A stretch of 64,000 nucleotides of DNA from Candidatus Methylomirabilota bacterium (GCA_035605575.1 DASTCJ010000114.1:1285-65284), one strand, 5' to 3'. Positions 53,740 through 63,606 are shown, counted from the first letter of the stretch. A program made the numbers and translations. Notes: generated by a model from the sequence alone, not told the origin.

Positions 53740-54609
53740 GTGATCACCGCCGGCATGCTCGGGCAGGTGGTCGTCTCCGGAATCCTGTCCGGCGGTCTCT
53801 ACGCCATGGTCGCGCTCGGACTGGCGCTGATCTTCGGCGTGATGCGCGTCATCAACATCGCGCACGGCCCCCTGCTGATGCTGGGGGCCTACGCGACGTT
53901 CTTTCTCTACGACCGCTTCGGCGTGAACCCGTTCCTCACGGTGCCATTCGCGATGGCGGCGCTGTTCCTGGTCGGCATGTTGCTGCAGCGCTCGCTGATC
54001 TTCCGGGTCGTCGACGCACCGGAGCTGTCCTCGCTGCTGCTGACCTTCGGCATCTCGATCGCCCTGGTGAACCTGGCGCAGCTCGCGTTCACCTCGGACC
54101 TCCGAGCCGTGGAGTACATCACGGGCGCCTGGCTCGTGGGCGGCCTCGCCTTCTCGAAGCCGCGCGTGATCGCGTTTGCGTTCGCGGCCGGCGTCACCGC
54201 GCTCGCCTTCGTGTTCTTGCAGCGCACGCGGCTCGGCAAGGCCATTCGCGCGACGTCGCAGAGCCGCGAGGTGGCCATGGTGTGCGGCGTCGACGTCGCG
54301 CGCATCCACATGATCACGTTCGGGCTGGCGTCGGCCCTCGCCGCCGCCGGCGGCTCGCTGCTGGCCGTGATCGTGGCCATCCAGCCGGAGATGGGACAGG
54401 TGTGGACGTTCAAGTCCTTTCTCGTCATCGTGCTGGGCGGCGCCGGCAACTACCCCGGCGCGCTGCTTGGCGGCATGCTGCTCGGCCTCGTCGAGCAGCT
54501 CGCCTCCCTCTTTCTGACGACCCAGCTCTCCGAGGTCGTCGCCTACGTGCTGCTCGTGCTGGTGCTGCTCGTGCGCCCGACCGGGCTGCTCGGCGGTCGC
54601 CAGACGTGA
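53740..54609 (+). CDS. livH: branched-chain amino acid ABC transporter permease (LivH-type)
   Basis: 289-aa polytopic ORF with a typical LGLALIFGVMRVINIAHG block. Confidence 0.9.
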   Translation: MITAGMLGQVVVSGILSGGLYAMVALGLALIFGVMRVINIAHGPLLMLGAYATFFLYDRFGVNPFLTVPFAMAALFLVGMLLQRSLIFRVVDAPELSSLLLTFGISIALVNLAQLAFTSDLRAVEYITGAWLVGGLAFSKPRVIAFAFAAGVTALAFVFLQRTRLGKAIRATSQSREVAMVCGVDVARIHMITFGLASALAAAGGSLLAVIVAIQPEMGQVWTFKSFLVIVLGGAGNYPGALLGGMLLGLVEQLASLFLTTQLSEVVAYVLLVLVLLVRPTGLLGGRQT

Positions 54610-55526
54610 GATTCATCGCGCTCCCAGCGCTCGCGGTCGTGCTGCTGGCCGCCGTCGTCTACCCGTTCTTCGGCACCGGCTATGGCGTGCGCTCCGTGCT
54701 GCAGATCTTCATGTGGATCGCGCTCGCCGGCTCCTGGAATCTGATCTCCGGCCTCACCGGCTACGTCTCGTTCGGTCACGTCGCGTTCTTCGGCGCCGGT
54801 GCCTACACGGGCGCGATCCTCATCGCCAGCGTCGGCTGGCCCTGGCCGCTGGCCGCGCTGGCGGGCGGGCTCGGCGCCGTCGTGCTGGCCCTGCTGATCG
54901 GCTACCCGTGCCTGCGACTGAAGGGCCCATATTTCGCCATTGCCATGCTCGGTCTGAACGAGGTGCTCCGCGCGCTTGTCTCGTACTTCGAGGGGCTCAC
55001 CGGCGGCGGCAGCGGCCTGTCGCTGCCGACGCTCGACGCCACGCGGCCGATCTACTACGTGATGGGCGCGCTGGCCGCTCTCGTCACCGCTGGCGCGTAC
55101 CTCATCGTCACGTCGCGGTTCGGGCTGCGGCTGATGACGATCCGTGAGGACGAGGTGGCGGCGGAGGCGATGGGCGTCGACACGTTCCATCACAAGCTGC
55201 TCGCCTTCGTGCTGTCGGCGATCGGACCCGGCGTCGCCGGCGCGCTCACCGCGCGGGACCAGGGTTACATCGAGCCGATCAGCGTCTTCCCGCTCGCCAT
55301 CACGGTGACCATGATCGTGATGGCCCTCTTCGGCGGCAAGGGCACGGTGTGGGGACCGGTGCTCGGCGCCGTCGTGCTCTTCGTCGTGCAGGAGATCGTC
55401 TGGGCGCGCTATCCGTACGTCCATCCGCTGCTGTTCGGCGCCATCATCGTGGCCGTGGTGCTGCTCATGCCGCGCGGCGTGCTCGGACTGCTCCAGGTGC
55501 GCTACCGCCTGCCGCGGACGATCTGA
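54606..55526 (+). CDS. livM: branched-chain amino acid ABC transporter permease (LivM-type)
   Basis: In-frame GTG (GTGA overlap). Sequence: ALAGSWNLISGLTGYVSFGHVAFFGAGAY. Confidence 0.9.
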   Translation: MRFIALPALAVVLLAAVVYPFFGTGYGVRSVLQIFMWIALAGSWNLISGLTGYVSFGHVAFFGAGAYTGAILIASVGWPWPLAALAGGLGAVVLALLIGYPCLRLKGPYFAIAMLGLNEVLRALVSYFEGLTGGGSGLSLPTLDATRPIYYVMGALAALVTAGAYLIVTSRFGLRLMTIREDEVAAEAMGVDTFHHKLLAFVLSAIGPGVAGALTARDQGYIEPISVFPLAITVTMIVMALFGGKGTVWGPVLGAVVLFVVQEIVWARYPYVHPLLFGAIIVAVVLLMPRGVLGLLQVRYRLPRTI

Positions 55527-56227
55527 TGGCCGTGCTCGAGGTGCGCGGCGTGCGCAAGAGCTTCGGCGGCGTCACCGCCGTCAGCGGCGTCTCGCTGACG
55601 CTCGAGCGCGGACGCATCTATGGACTCATCGGCCCCAACGGCTCGGGAAAGACCACGCTCTTCAACTGCATCACCGGTCTCGAGCGGCCGGAGGCGGGCG
55701 CCATCCTGCTCGACGGCACGCGGATCGACGGCTGGAAGCCGCACCGGATCGCGCGCGGGGGCGTTGGCCGGACGTTCCAGGTCATCCGCGTCTTCCCCGA
55801 GCTGACGGCGCTCGAGAACTTGATGGTGGTCACGCGCGGTCCGCGCGCGGCGGCCGAGCAGCGCGCGCTCGAGCTGTTGCGCTTCGTGAAGCTCGAGCGC
55901 CTGGGCGGTGAGTACGCGGGCAATCTCTCGTACGGCCAGCAAAAGCTCGTGGAGTTCGTGCGCGTCCTGATGACGGATCCCGCGCTGATCCTGCTCGACG
56001 AGCCGGCGGCCGGCGTGAACCGCACGCTGCTCAACGATCTGCTGGAGGCCGTCGGGCGCCTGCGCGACGGCGGCAAGACGGTGCTGCTCGTCGAGCACGA
56101 CATGAAGGTGGTCATGGGGCTGTGCGAGACGGTGTTCGTGCTCGACCACGGCGAGAAGATCGCCGAAGGCCCGCCCGGCGTCATCCAGGCCGACGAGCGC
56201 GTCATTGAAGCGTACTTCGGCCGCTAG
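55526..56227 (+). CDS. livG: ABC transporter ATP-binding protein (LivG-type)
   Basis: Internal ATG (TGATG overlap). Walker A GPNGSGKTT, signature LSYGQQK, Walker B LILLDEP. Confidence 0.9.
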   Translation: MAVLEVRGVRKSFGGVTAVSGVSLTLERGRIYGLIGPNGSGKTTLFNCITGLERPEAGAILLDGTRIDGWKPHRIARGGVGRTFQVIRVFPELTALENLMVVTRGPRAAAEQRALELLRFVKLERLGGEYAGNLSYGQQKLVEFVRVLMTDPALILLDEPAAGVNRTLLNDLLEAVGRLRDGGKTVLLVEHDMKVVMGLCETVFVLDHGEKIAEGPPGVIQADERVIEAYFGR

Positions 56228-56231
56228 CACG

Positions 56232-57674
56232 GTGCTCGTGAGCGGCTTCGCCGCGCTGGTCCTGGCGCTCGCGTGGCGTTCGCGCGCGTGGCCGCTCGTG
56301 CACGACGCACCGATCCTGCACTACATCGCCTGGCGCATCGCCGACGGCGCGGCACCCTACCGCGATGTCTTCGACATGAACCAGCCGGGCGTCTACGCGC
56401 TGCACGTGGCGCTGCTGCAGACGCTCGGGCCTGGCGACACCGCGTGGCGCGCGTTCGATCTCACGTGGCTGGCGGTGAGCGCGGTCGCCATCGCCGCCCT
56501 CGCGGCGCCGTGGGGCGCGGCGGCGGCGTTCGGCGGCGCGCTGACGTTCGCGGCCGTGCATCTCGCGGGCGGCGCCTGGCAGGCCGGGCAGCGCGATTTT
56601 CTGCTGTGCCCGTTCCTCCTCGTCGGCGTGCTCGGCGTCACCCGCTGGCTCGAAGGCCGTGGCCGGCTGAGCCTGGCGTGCTCCGGCGCCGCGATGGGCG
56701 CGGCCGTGACCGTGAAGCCACACGCCGGCATCCTCGCCGCCGCGCTCGGCCTCGTCGTGATCGTCGTTGCCGCGCGGGTCGGGGGCGTCGGCACGGCGGC
56801 GCCGGCGACGCTGACGTATGCGGCGGCGGCGATGGCGGCCCCGCTCGCAATGGTCGTGTGGCTTGCGCTCGCCGGTGGCCTGGGTGCGTGGCGCCAGACG
56901 GTGTTCGAGTATCTCGTGCCGCTCTACTCCCGGCTCGGTCGTGACGCGGCGTGGGCCTTTCATCACGGTGAGGTGTGGCTCGGTCTGGCGCTCGGCGCCG
57001 CGCTGTCGACGGCGCGCGTGGTGTGGGGGCGGCGCTTCACCGCGCGGCATGCCCTCGTGCTCGGTGGCATTGCGTACGGCGTCGTCCACTATGTCGCGCA
57101 GGGCAAGTTCTGGGAGTATCACCTCCACCCGCTCGGCGCATTCATCGCCGTGTTGCTCTTCGCGGGCTTCGATCCGCGGCTCGCGGCACCGCGCTGGACG
57201 GCGGCGGCGCTCTCGCTCGTGCTCATGGTCACGCTCGTGGTGCTTTCGCTCAAAGGCGTCGAGGCCGCGCCGGCCGGCTGGGAGCGCGCGAAGGCCGCCC
57301 AGGTCGACGAGCTCGAGCGAGAGCTCGCGCGACGACTGGGACCGGGCGATACCGTGCAGGTGCTCGACACCAGCGACGGGGGCGCCCACGCGCTGCTGCG
57401 GCTGCGCGTGCGCGAGCCCACGCGCTTCATCTACGATTTTCACTTCTTTCACGACGTCGAGACGCCGTTCGTTCGCGCGCTGCGTGCCGAGCTCGTGCGC
57501 GGGCTCGACGCGCGGCCGCCACGCCTCATCGTGCTGTTCGAGCGGGGATGGCCGGCTGGCGGCTACGAGCGAATCGACGCCTTTCCGGAGCTGGCCGACC
57601 GCCTGGCGGGCCGCTACGAGATCGTGAGTGTCTCGCCATCCTACCGGATCTATGCGAAGCGACACGATCCGTAG
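56232..57674 (+). CDS. polytopic membrane protein, GT-C-fold glycosyltransferase-like (ArnT/DUF2029-like)
   Basis: In-frame GTG 4 nt after the livG stop. It has about 10 TM helices, a first-loop PYRDVFDMNQPG, and a soluble ~130-aa C-terminal domain. The family call is tentative. Confidence 0.55.
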   Translation: MLVSGFAALVLALAWRSRAWPLVHDAPILHYIAWRIADGAAPYRDVFDMNQPGVYALHVALLQTLGPGDTAWRAFDLTWLAVSAVAIAALAAPWGAAAAFGGALTFAAVHLAGGAWQAGQRDFLLCPFLLVGVLGVTRWLEGRGRLSLACSGAAMGAAVTVKPHAGILAAALGLVVIVVAARVGGVGTAAPATLTYAAAAMAAPLAMVVWLALAGGLGAWRQTVFEYLVPLYSRLGRDAAWAFHHGEVWLGLALGAALSTARVVWGRRFTARHALVLGGIAYGVVHYVAQGKFWEYHLHPLGAFIAVLLFAGFDPRLAAPRWTAAALSLVLMVTLVVLSLKGVEAAPAGWERAKAAQVDELERELARRLGPGDTVQVLDTSDGGAHALLRLRVREPTRFIYDFHFFHDVETPFVRALRAELVRGLDARPPRLIVLFERGWPAGGYERIDAFPELADRLAGRYEIVSVSPSYRIYAKRHDP

Positions 57675-58299
57675 GATCATCTGCGCCTACGACGACCCGA
57701 TCGTCCGCGCCTACTGCTGGGTGCGCTTCTGGATCCTGCGCCAGCGTTTTCTCGACGAGATCGGTCAATATCTGCCGCCCACCGGCGTCGTGCTCGACAT
57801 CGGCTGCGGCTTCGGGCTGTTCTCGCTCTACTACGCCGCCACCGCGCCCGGTCGGTTCGTGCGCGGTCTCGACCTGAACGAGCGACGGATCGGTCTCGCG
57901 CGGCGCGCGGCCGCCCGCCTCGGCCTCGACAATGTCGTGTACGAGCACGGTGACGCGCGGGACTTCAAGAGCGACGGCGAGGTGGCGGCCGCCTACATGC
58001 TCGACATCGTGCACCACGTGCCGCCGGCGGCGGTGCCGCCGCTGCTGGCCCGGCTCCGGCGCTCGCTACCGGCCGGTGGCGTGCTCCTGGTCAAGGACGT
58101 CGACACGCGGCCAGTCGCCAAGCGCTGGTTCACGTGGCTGCTGGATCGCGTGATGACGCCGGGGACGCCGGTGCGGTACTGGAGCGCCGAGGAGCTGACG
58201 CAGGCGCTGGCCGTCGCGGGGTTCGTCGTGCGGCGCCACCTGATGGTCGACGTCCTGCCGTATCCGCACATCCTTTATATCTGTGAGGCGAGGGGATGA
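57652..58299 (+). CDS. class I SAM-dependent methyltransferase
   Basis: Internal ATG of track ORF 57628..58299. Motif I is VLDIGCGFGLF, and motif II-like is ...AAYMLDIVHH. Confidence 0.8.
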   Translation: MRSDTIRRIICAYDDPIVRAYCWVRFWILRQRFLDEIGQYLPPTGVVLDIGCGFGLFSLYYAATAPGRFVRGLDLNERRIGLARRAAARLGLDNVVYEHGDARDFKSDGEVAAAYMLDIVHHVPPAAVPPLLARLRRSLPAGGVLLVKDVDTRPVAKRWFTWLLDRVMTPGTPVRYWSAEELTQALAVAGFVVRRHLMVDVLPYPHILYICEARG

Positions 58300-59021
58300 C
58301 GGCGGCGCCGGCCCCCCTCCTCATCGCCCACGGCCTGACCGCCGGGTATGGAAAGCTCGACATCCTCCACGACGTCTCGCTCACCGTGAACGTCGGGGAG
58401 ATCGTCAGCATCATCGGCCCCAACGGCGCCGGCAAGTCCACCGCGTTCAAGACCATCGTTGGCTTTCTGCGCCCGCGCCAGGGGACCGTCATCTTCAACG
58501 GCTCGGACATCACCGGTCTCCGACCGGATCTGGTGCTCCGGCGCGGTCTCGCCTACGTCCCGCAAGGACGCATCGTCTTTCCGCAGATGAGCGTGCTCGA
58601 GAATCTCGAGATGGGCGCGTACATCGAGAGGGATAGCGTCCGTGTGGCGGCGGCGCTCGAGCGTGTCTACGCGCTGTTTCCCATCCTCCACGAGCGGCGG
58701 GCGCAGCGCGCGGGCACGATGTCCGGTGGCGAGCAGCAGATGGTCGCCATCGCCCGGGCGCTGATGACGTCGCCCCAGGTCATCCTGCTCGACGAGCCGT
58801 CGCTCGGGCTCTCGCCGAAGTTCGTGACGCTGATCTTCGACAAGCTGGTGGAGATGAAACGCGCGGGTTTCACCCTCACGGTGGTGGAGCAGAACGCCAC
58901 GCGCGCGCTCGGCATCGCGGATCGCGCCTACGTGCTCGAGCTCGGGCGCAATCGTTTCGAAGGCCCAGGGCCGCGTCTGCTCGCCGACCCCGAGGTCAAA
59001 CGACTCTACCTCGGCGGATAG
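58296..59021 (+). CDS. livF: ABC transporter ATP-binding protein (LivF-type)
   Basis: 241-aa ORF (ATGA overlap). Walker A GPNGAGKST, signature MSGGEQQ, Walker B ILLDEP. Confidence 0.9.
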   Translation: MTAAPAPLLIAHGLTAGYGKLDILHDVSLTVNVGEIVSIIGPNGAGKSTAFKTIVGFLRPRQGTVIFNGSDITGLRPDLVLRRGLAYVPQGRIVFPQMSVLENLEMGAYIERDSVRVAAALERVYALFPILHERRAQRAGTMSGGEQQMVAIARALMTSPQVILLDEPSLGLSPKFVTLIFDKLVEMKRAGFTLTVVEQNATRALGIADRAYVLELGRNRFEGPGPRLLADPEVKRLYLGG

Positions 59022-59035
59022 TGTAGGCTGTCGCC

Positions 59036-59647
59036 GTGATCGACACATCGGGCCCGACGCAGGCCCCTCTCTGTGGGGTCGCCATAGGCGCCTCGGCGGG
59101 AGGCTTGCGCGCGGTGAGGACGATTGTCAGCGCCTTGCCGGCCGACCTCGCCGCCGCGGTGTTCGTCGTCGTCCATCTCGACCCGCACGGGCGCAGTCTT
59201 CTCCCGAGGCTCCTGGCGGCGGCGACGACGTTGCGTGCTGGGGACGTCCGCGAGGAAGGCCTCGTCGAGACCGGAACGATCTACGTCGCCGTACCGGACC
59301 GACATCTCGTCGTCATCGATCGCCGCGTGCGGCTCGTCGTCTCGGACCCGGTGCATTACGTGCGGCCCGCCATTGACCGCCTGTTCGAGTCCGTCGCCAT
59401 CGGCTGGCAGACCGCGGCGGTCGGCGTCGTGCTGAGTGGCAATGGCATCGACGGTACAGCCGGCATCGCCGCCATCAAGCGCGCCGGTGGGGTGACCATC
59501 GCCCAGGATCCGACCGATGCCGAGTTTCCCCGCATGCCGTGCGCCGCCATCGCGAGCGGCTTCGTCGATTCCGTGCTGCCGCTCGCGCGGATCGCTTCGG
59601 CCATCACGGGTGCCGTCGCCGTTGCGTCGGCCGGACGAGCCGCGTGA
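59036..59647 (+). CDS. CheB-type protein-glutamate methylesterase catalytic domain (no receiver)
   Basis: 203-aa ORF: VAIGASAGGLRAV...VVVHLD...LSGNGIDGTAG...TIAQDP. Confidence 0.85.
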   Translation: MIDTSGPTQAPLCGVAIGASAGGLRAVRTIVSALPADLAAAVFVVVHLDPHGRSLLPRLLAAATTLRAGDVREEGLVETGTIYVAVPDRHLVVIDRRVRLVVSDPVHYVRPAIDRLFESVAIGWQTAAVGVVLSGNGIDGTAGIAAIKRAGGVTIAQDPTDAEFPRMPCAAIASGFVDSVLPLARIASAITGAVAVASAGRAA

Positions 59648-59649
59648 GC

Positions 59650-61533
59650 ATGGACGAGCACAAGCCCGACGCCGACGTCAATCTGAACGACACGGAGCGG
59701 GCCGCGTTCCAGCGGCTGCTCGACATGCTGCACACGGACTATCAGTTCGACTTTCGCGAGTACAAGACGGTCTCTCTCCTTCGCCGGGTTCGCGCACGGA
59801 TGTCCCAGGTGCGCGTCGAGGGCTTCGACACCTACATCGACTATCTCCGACTTCACGCGAACGAGGCGGCCGCGCTCTTCAACACCCTCTTGCTGAACGT
59901 CACCGGCTTTTTTCGCGATCCCGAAGCCTGGGAGGTGCTGCGCCGGGAGGCGCTTCCGCCGCTTCTGACGGCGGCGGTGACGGCAGGACGACTACGCGTA
60001 TGGTCCGCCGGGTGCTCCACGGGCGAGGAGACGTATTCCGCGGCCATCCTGATCGCCGACGCGCTGGGTGCCCGGGCCGCCGAGCTCGACGTGAAGATCT
60101 ACGCCACCGACATCGACGACGATGCACTGAGCGCGGCTCGCCGCGCCGTCTTCCGCGTGGACCAGCTCAAGGACGTGCCCGCCGACGCCCTCGAGCGTTA
60201 TTTCTCCGCCGACGGTCACGCGTACCGCGTGCGCCGGGAGCTGCGGCGGTGGTGCATCTTCGGCCGCCACAACCTCACACAGGATCCGCCGCTGCCGCAG
60301 ATCAACCTGCTCATCTGCCGCAACTTGCTCATTTACTTCAAGAGCGCCCTTCAAGAACGGCTCCTCACACGATTCCAGTACGCGTTGCGCGAGGGCGGTG
60401 TCCTGTTTCTGGGGCGCTCGGAGTCGATGATGGCGCGCTCGCGCGGCTTCGTGCCGATCAGCCAGAAGTGGCGCCTCTTCCGGCGGACGGCGGACGCCTT
60501 GCCGATGCCCGACACCCCGACACGCCGGACGGACGGGGGCGCAGCGGGCGAGCAGCAGAAGTCCACGGTGGCGGCGGTGCCCGATCCACCGCGGCTCACC
60601 GCCAGCGGTATCGTGCGCTCGCTCCCGTACCCCGTGATGGTCATCGCGCTCGACGATTCCGTGCGCGAGTGGAACGAGGCGGCCACCGTGCTCTACGAGA
60701 TCCCCGCCGAGCATGCGATCGGACGGCAGTTCCGCGATCTCGACATCAGCTATCGGGCCGAAGGCCTGCGTGCGCGCATCGAGGACGTGAACCGCGCCGT
60801 CGTCAGCGTGCGCCTCGAAAACGTCATGTTTGGACGCCGTTCCGGCGAAAACGTGCACGTCGACTTCTGGATCGCTCGCGTCTTCGACGAGCGGAGCCGG
60901 TCCGCGGCGATCCTGGTGGCAGCCATCGACAACACCGCGGTGGCCCGCTTTCGTGACGAGATCGTCCGCCTCGGCGAGCAGCACGCCACCGCCTCCGAGG
61001 AGCTGCAGTCGACGAACGAGGAGCTGGAGACCACGAACGAGGAGCTGCAGTCGACCAACGAGGAGCTCGAGACCACCAACGAGGAGCTCCAGGCGACGAA
61101 CGAGGAGCTGGTGACGACGGTCGACGAGCTTCAGGCCGTGAACGCCGAGCTGGCCGCCCGTTCGGCCGAAGTCAGCGGGCTTCTCGTCGTGCACGCGGCG
61201 GTCCTGGCCGCGGTCGACGAGGCGCTGATCGTTCTGAACTCGAATCTCAGCGTCACCACCTGGAGTCCCGCCGCCGAGCGGTTGTTCGGCGTGCGGGCGC
61301 ACGACGCCATCGGTCGTGACCTGTTCGCGCTGCCGCTCGGTGGACGCCGGGAGGCCGCCCGGACGGCGCTGAGCCGATTGACCGCAAACGATGCGCCGGG
61401 CGAGGCCGAAGAGCTTGACTTCGACGTCCCGCGCTCCGACGGTCGGACAGAGCGCGCGCGCCTGCGCTTCCTCCGCCTCGCCGACGAGCAGGGCGCGGTC
61501 CAGGGCCTGCTCGGTCTTGCGCGGCCGAGATAG
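59650..61533 (+). CDS. CheR-type methyltransferase fused to PAS-like domains and a heptad coiled coil
   Basis: Internal ATG 2 nt after the CheB stop. Sequence: FDFREYKTVSLLRRVRARM, TGFFRDPEAW, RVWSAGCSTGEETYS, then ELQSTNEELETTNEELQSTNEEL.... Confidence 0.85.
   Translation: MDEHKPDADVNLNDTERAAFQRLLDMLHTDYQFDFREYKTVSLLRRVRARMSQVRVEGFDTYIDYLRLHANEAAALFNTLLLNVTGFFRDPEAWEVLRREALPPLLTAAVTAGRLRVWSAGCSTGEETYSAAILIADALGARAAELDVKIYATDIDDDALSAARRAVFRVDQLKDVPADALERYFSADGHAYRVRRELRRWCIFGRHNLTQDPPLPQINLLICRNLLIYFKSALQERLLTRFQYALREGGVLFLGRSESMMARSRGFVPISQKWRLFRRTADALPMPDTPTRRTDGGAAGEQQKSTVAAVPDPPRLTASGIVRSLPYPVMVIALDDSVREWNEAATVLYEIPAEHAIGRQFRDLDISYRAEGLRARIEDVNRAVVSVRLENVMFGRRSGENVHVDFWIARVFDERSRSAAILVAAIDNTAVARFRDEIVRLGEQHATASEELQSTNEELETTNEELQSTNEELETTNEELQATNEELVTTVDELQAVNAELAARSAEVSGLLVVHAAVLAAVDEALIVLNSNLSVTTWSPAAERLFGVRAHDAIGRDLFALPLGGRREAARTALSRLTANDAPGEAEELDFDVPRSDGRTERARLRFLRLADEQGAVQGLLGLARPR
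60997..61143 (+). repeat. seven tandem 21-nt coding repeats (heptads EELQSTN/EELETTN...)
   Basis: The units gaggagctgcagtcgacgaac, gaggagctggagaccacgaac and so on are contiguous and in frame. Confidence 0.85.
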
Positions 61534-61542
61534 CGGCGCGCG

Positions 61543-63138
61543 CTACGCCGCGGTTCCAAATCCCGTCGCGAGCGCGCGGCTCAACACGTCCGGATCCACC
61601 GGCTTCACCAGGTGGGCGTCGAATCCTGCTTCGCTCGTGCGCCGCCGATCCTCGGTCTGCCCGTACCCGGTGAGAGCGACCAGCGTTACGCGGTGCCCGA
61701 GCGCCGCGCGCAGCCGCCGCGCCACCGCGTAACCGTCGAGGCCCGGCAAGCCGATATCGACGAGGACCAGGTCCGGTGTGCTGCGAAGCGCGACCTCCAC
61801 GCCGGCGGTGCCGTCCGCGGCCGTCTCCACGCGATGCCCGTCGAGCTCGAGGGCCAGGCGCAGCATCTCGCGCGCATCGGCGTTGTCCTCGATCACGAGG
61901 ACGTGCCGCGCCGCCGGCGCGCTGGCCGTCTCGGTGCCCGCGCCACTCTCGGCTTTGCCGGCCGGCAGGCGAATGGTGAACTCGCTGCCACGGCCCGGGC
62001 CCTCGCTGGTCACTTCGACGGTTCCCCTGTGCATCTGCGTGAGACTCCGAACGAGGCTCAGCCCGAGGCCGAGACCGCCGAGCGGACGCGCGATCGGCAC
62101 GTCGCCCTGTGTGAACAGCTCGAAGATGCGCGTCTGCATGTCGAGGGGAATGCCGATGCCCGTGTCGCGCACGCGGATGACCACGTGCTCGCCTCCGTGC
62201 TGCGCCGAGAGCTCGATGTGCCCCCCCGGGTTGGTGTACTTCGCGGCATTGTCCAGCAGGTTCGTGACCATCTGCGTGAGCCGCGTGGGGTCGGCCTCGA
62301 GCCGCAGCGGCGTGTCGGGCAGCACCACGGCGAGCGTATGCGTGCGCGCGTCGATCACCGGCCGGGTCGCCTCGATGGCCGCCGCGATGGCGGAGCGTGC
62401 GTCGATGGCGCTCTTGCGGAGCTTGATGAGCCCGCGCGTGATGCGCGAGACGTCGAGGAGGTCGTCGAGGAGCTGCGCCTGATGACGCACCTGACGCTCC
62501 ACGATCTCCCGCGCGCGCTGCACCACGTCGGAGTTGTCGGGGTGCCGGCGAATGACCTGCATGGCGCTGAGGATCGGCGCGAGCGGATTGCGCAGCTCGT
62601 GTGCGAGCATGGCCAGGAAGTCGTCCTTGTGCCGGCTCGCCTCGACGGCGTCGCGCAGCTCGCCGAGCCGCGCCTGCAGCTCGTGGTTGGCGACGTTCAG
62701 CTCTTCGTTGGCCGCCGTGAGCTCGGCGTTCGCGCTGTCCATGTCGGTCCGCTGCGCGCGAAGGTGCTCTTCGAGCAGCTCCACCTGCACGCGTAGCGCC
62801 TCGACCTCTCCGCGGTCTTCGGCGACCACGAGCAGCGCGTCGACATCGGCCACGCAAAGCGCGCTGATGCGGATCGTGACGGCGCTGCCGCGCGCATCGA
62901 CCGAGTCGATGCATGCCGGCCACGCGCCACGATGGCGACCTTCGGCGACGGCCGCCTCGACTGCACGCAGCGCGTCACTGAGCGGCGCATCCCCGGGCGG
63001 GGAATCCTGGCCCTGCGCGGTGCCGAAGACCAGCTCGGCGGCAGCGTTCGCGGCCAGGATTGGGCCATTGCGCGAGATGGCCATGGCGGCCAGCGGCAAG
63101 GCGGCCACGATGGCGGTCAAAAACTGCGATTGGCCCAT
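61543..63138 (-). CDS. hybrid sensor histidine kinase / response regulator (PAS-like, coiled coil, HisKA, HATPase, receiver)
   Basis: In-frame ATG at 63138 within track ORF 61543..63333. It has the H-box DFLAMLAHELRNPLAPI, N/G boxes (DNAAKYT, DTGIGI, GGLGLGL) and a C-terminal receiver (VLVIEDNADA...LVDIGLPGLDG...HLVKPV). Confidence 0.85.
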   Translation of the reverse strand: MGQSQFLTAIVAALPLAAMAISRNGPILAANAAAELVFGTAQGQDSPPGDAPLSDALRAVEAAVAEGRHRGAWPACIDSVDARGSAVTIRISALCVADVDALLVVAEDRGEVEALRVQVELLEEHLRAQRTDMDSANAELTAANEELNVANHELQARLGELRDAVEASRHKDDFLAMLAHELRNPLAPILSAMQVIRRHPDNSDVVQRAREIVERQVRHQAQLLDDLLDVSRITRGLIKLRKSAIDARSAIAAAIEATRPVIDARTHTLAVVLPDTPLRLEADPTRLTQMVTNLLDNAAKYTNPGGHIELSAQHGGEHVVIRVRDTGIGIPLDMQTRIFELFTQGDVPIARPLGGLGLGLSLVRSLTQMHRGTVEVTSEGPGRGSEFTIRLPAGKAESGAGTETASAPAARHVLVIEDNADAREMLRLALELDGHRVETAADGTAGVEVALRSTPDLVLVDIGLPGLDGYAVARRLRAALGHRVTLVALTGYGQTEDRRRTSEAGFDAHLVKPVDPDVLSRALATGFGTAA

Positions 63139-63201
63139 GTAAGAAGGAGGTGGCGTGCAAACCGCGGGCCCGCTGGCGTGAGAAATGCTGTCCACCTCCG
63201 T

Positions 63202-63606
63202 ATGCGACTGCCGTGGGATCTCGGGAAATCTCCACAGCCGGCGTCGCTGGTGTGCCCCGAGTGCGGCGGGGCCCTGTCGGTGAAGGCCGAGGGCGACGCC
63301 GAGTACCTTCTCTTCGTCTGCCAGGTCGGTCATTCCTACTCCGCGACGACGCTCCTTCCGGAAAAGGAGGAGCGGGTAGAGCAGGTTCTCTGGTCCGCCG
63401 TGTATCTCGTCGAAGAGCTCGCCGACCTCCTGACGGACCTGGCCGCTCGTGGCAGCGGCGACCAGGCGCCGCAGCGCGAGTGGCCCGCCGCGCGCCGCCG
63501 TATCCAGCGGCTCCGCGACCAGGCCCGGCGCCTGCGAGAGTTGCTGAATGACAACGAGCCGATCGACCTCAGCGACGCATCCCCGCCGGAACGGGACGCC
63601 GCATGA
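63202..63606 (+). CDS. zinc-ribbon plus helical protein of the kind seen at the C-terminus of non-chemotaxis CheB-like proteins
   Basis: In-frame ATG of track ORF 62932..63606. Sequence: LVCPECGGALSVKAEGDAEYLLFVCQVGHSYSATTLL...EQVLWSAVYLVEEL. The start is uncertain (GTG at 63178 is possible). Confidence 0.55.
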   Translation: MRLPWDLGKSPQPASLVCPECGGALSVKAEGDAEYLLFVCQVGHSYSATTLLPEKEERVEQVLWSAVYLVEELADLLTDLAARGSGDQAPQREWPAARRRIQRLRDQARRLRELLNDNEPIDLSDASPPERDAA

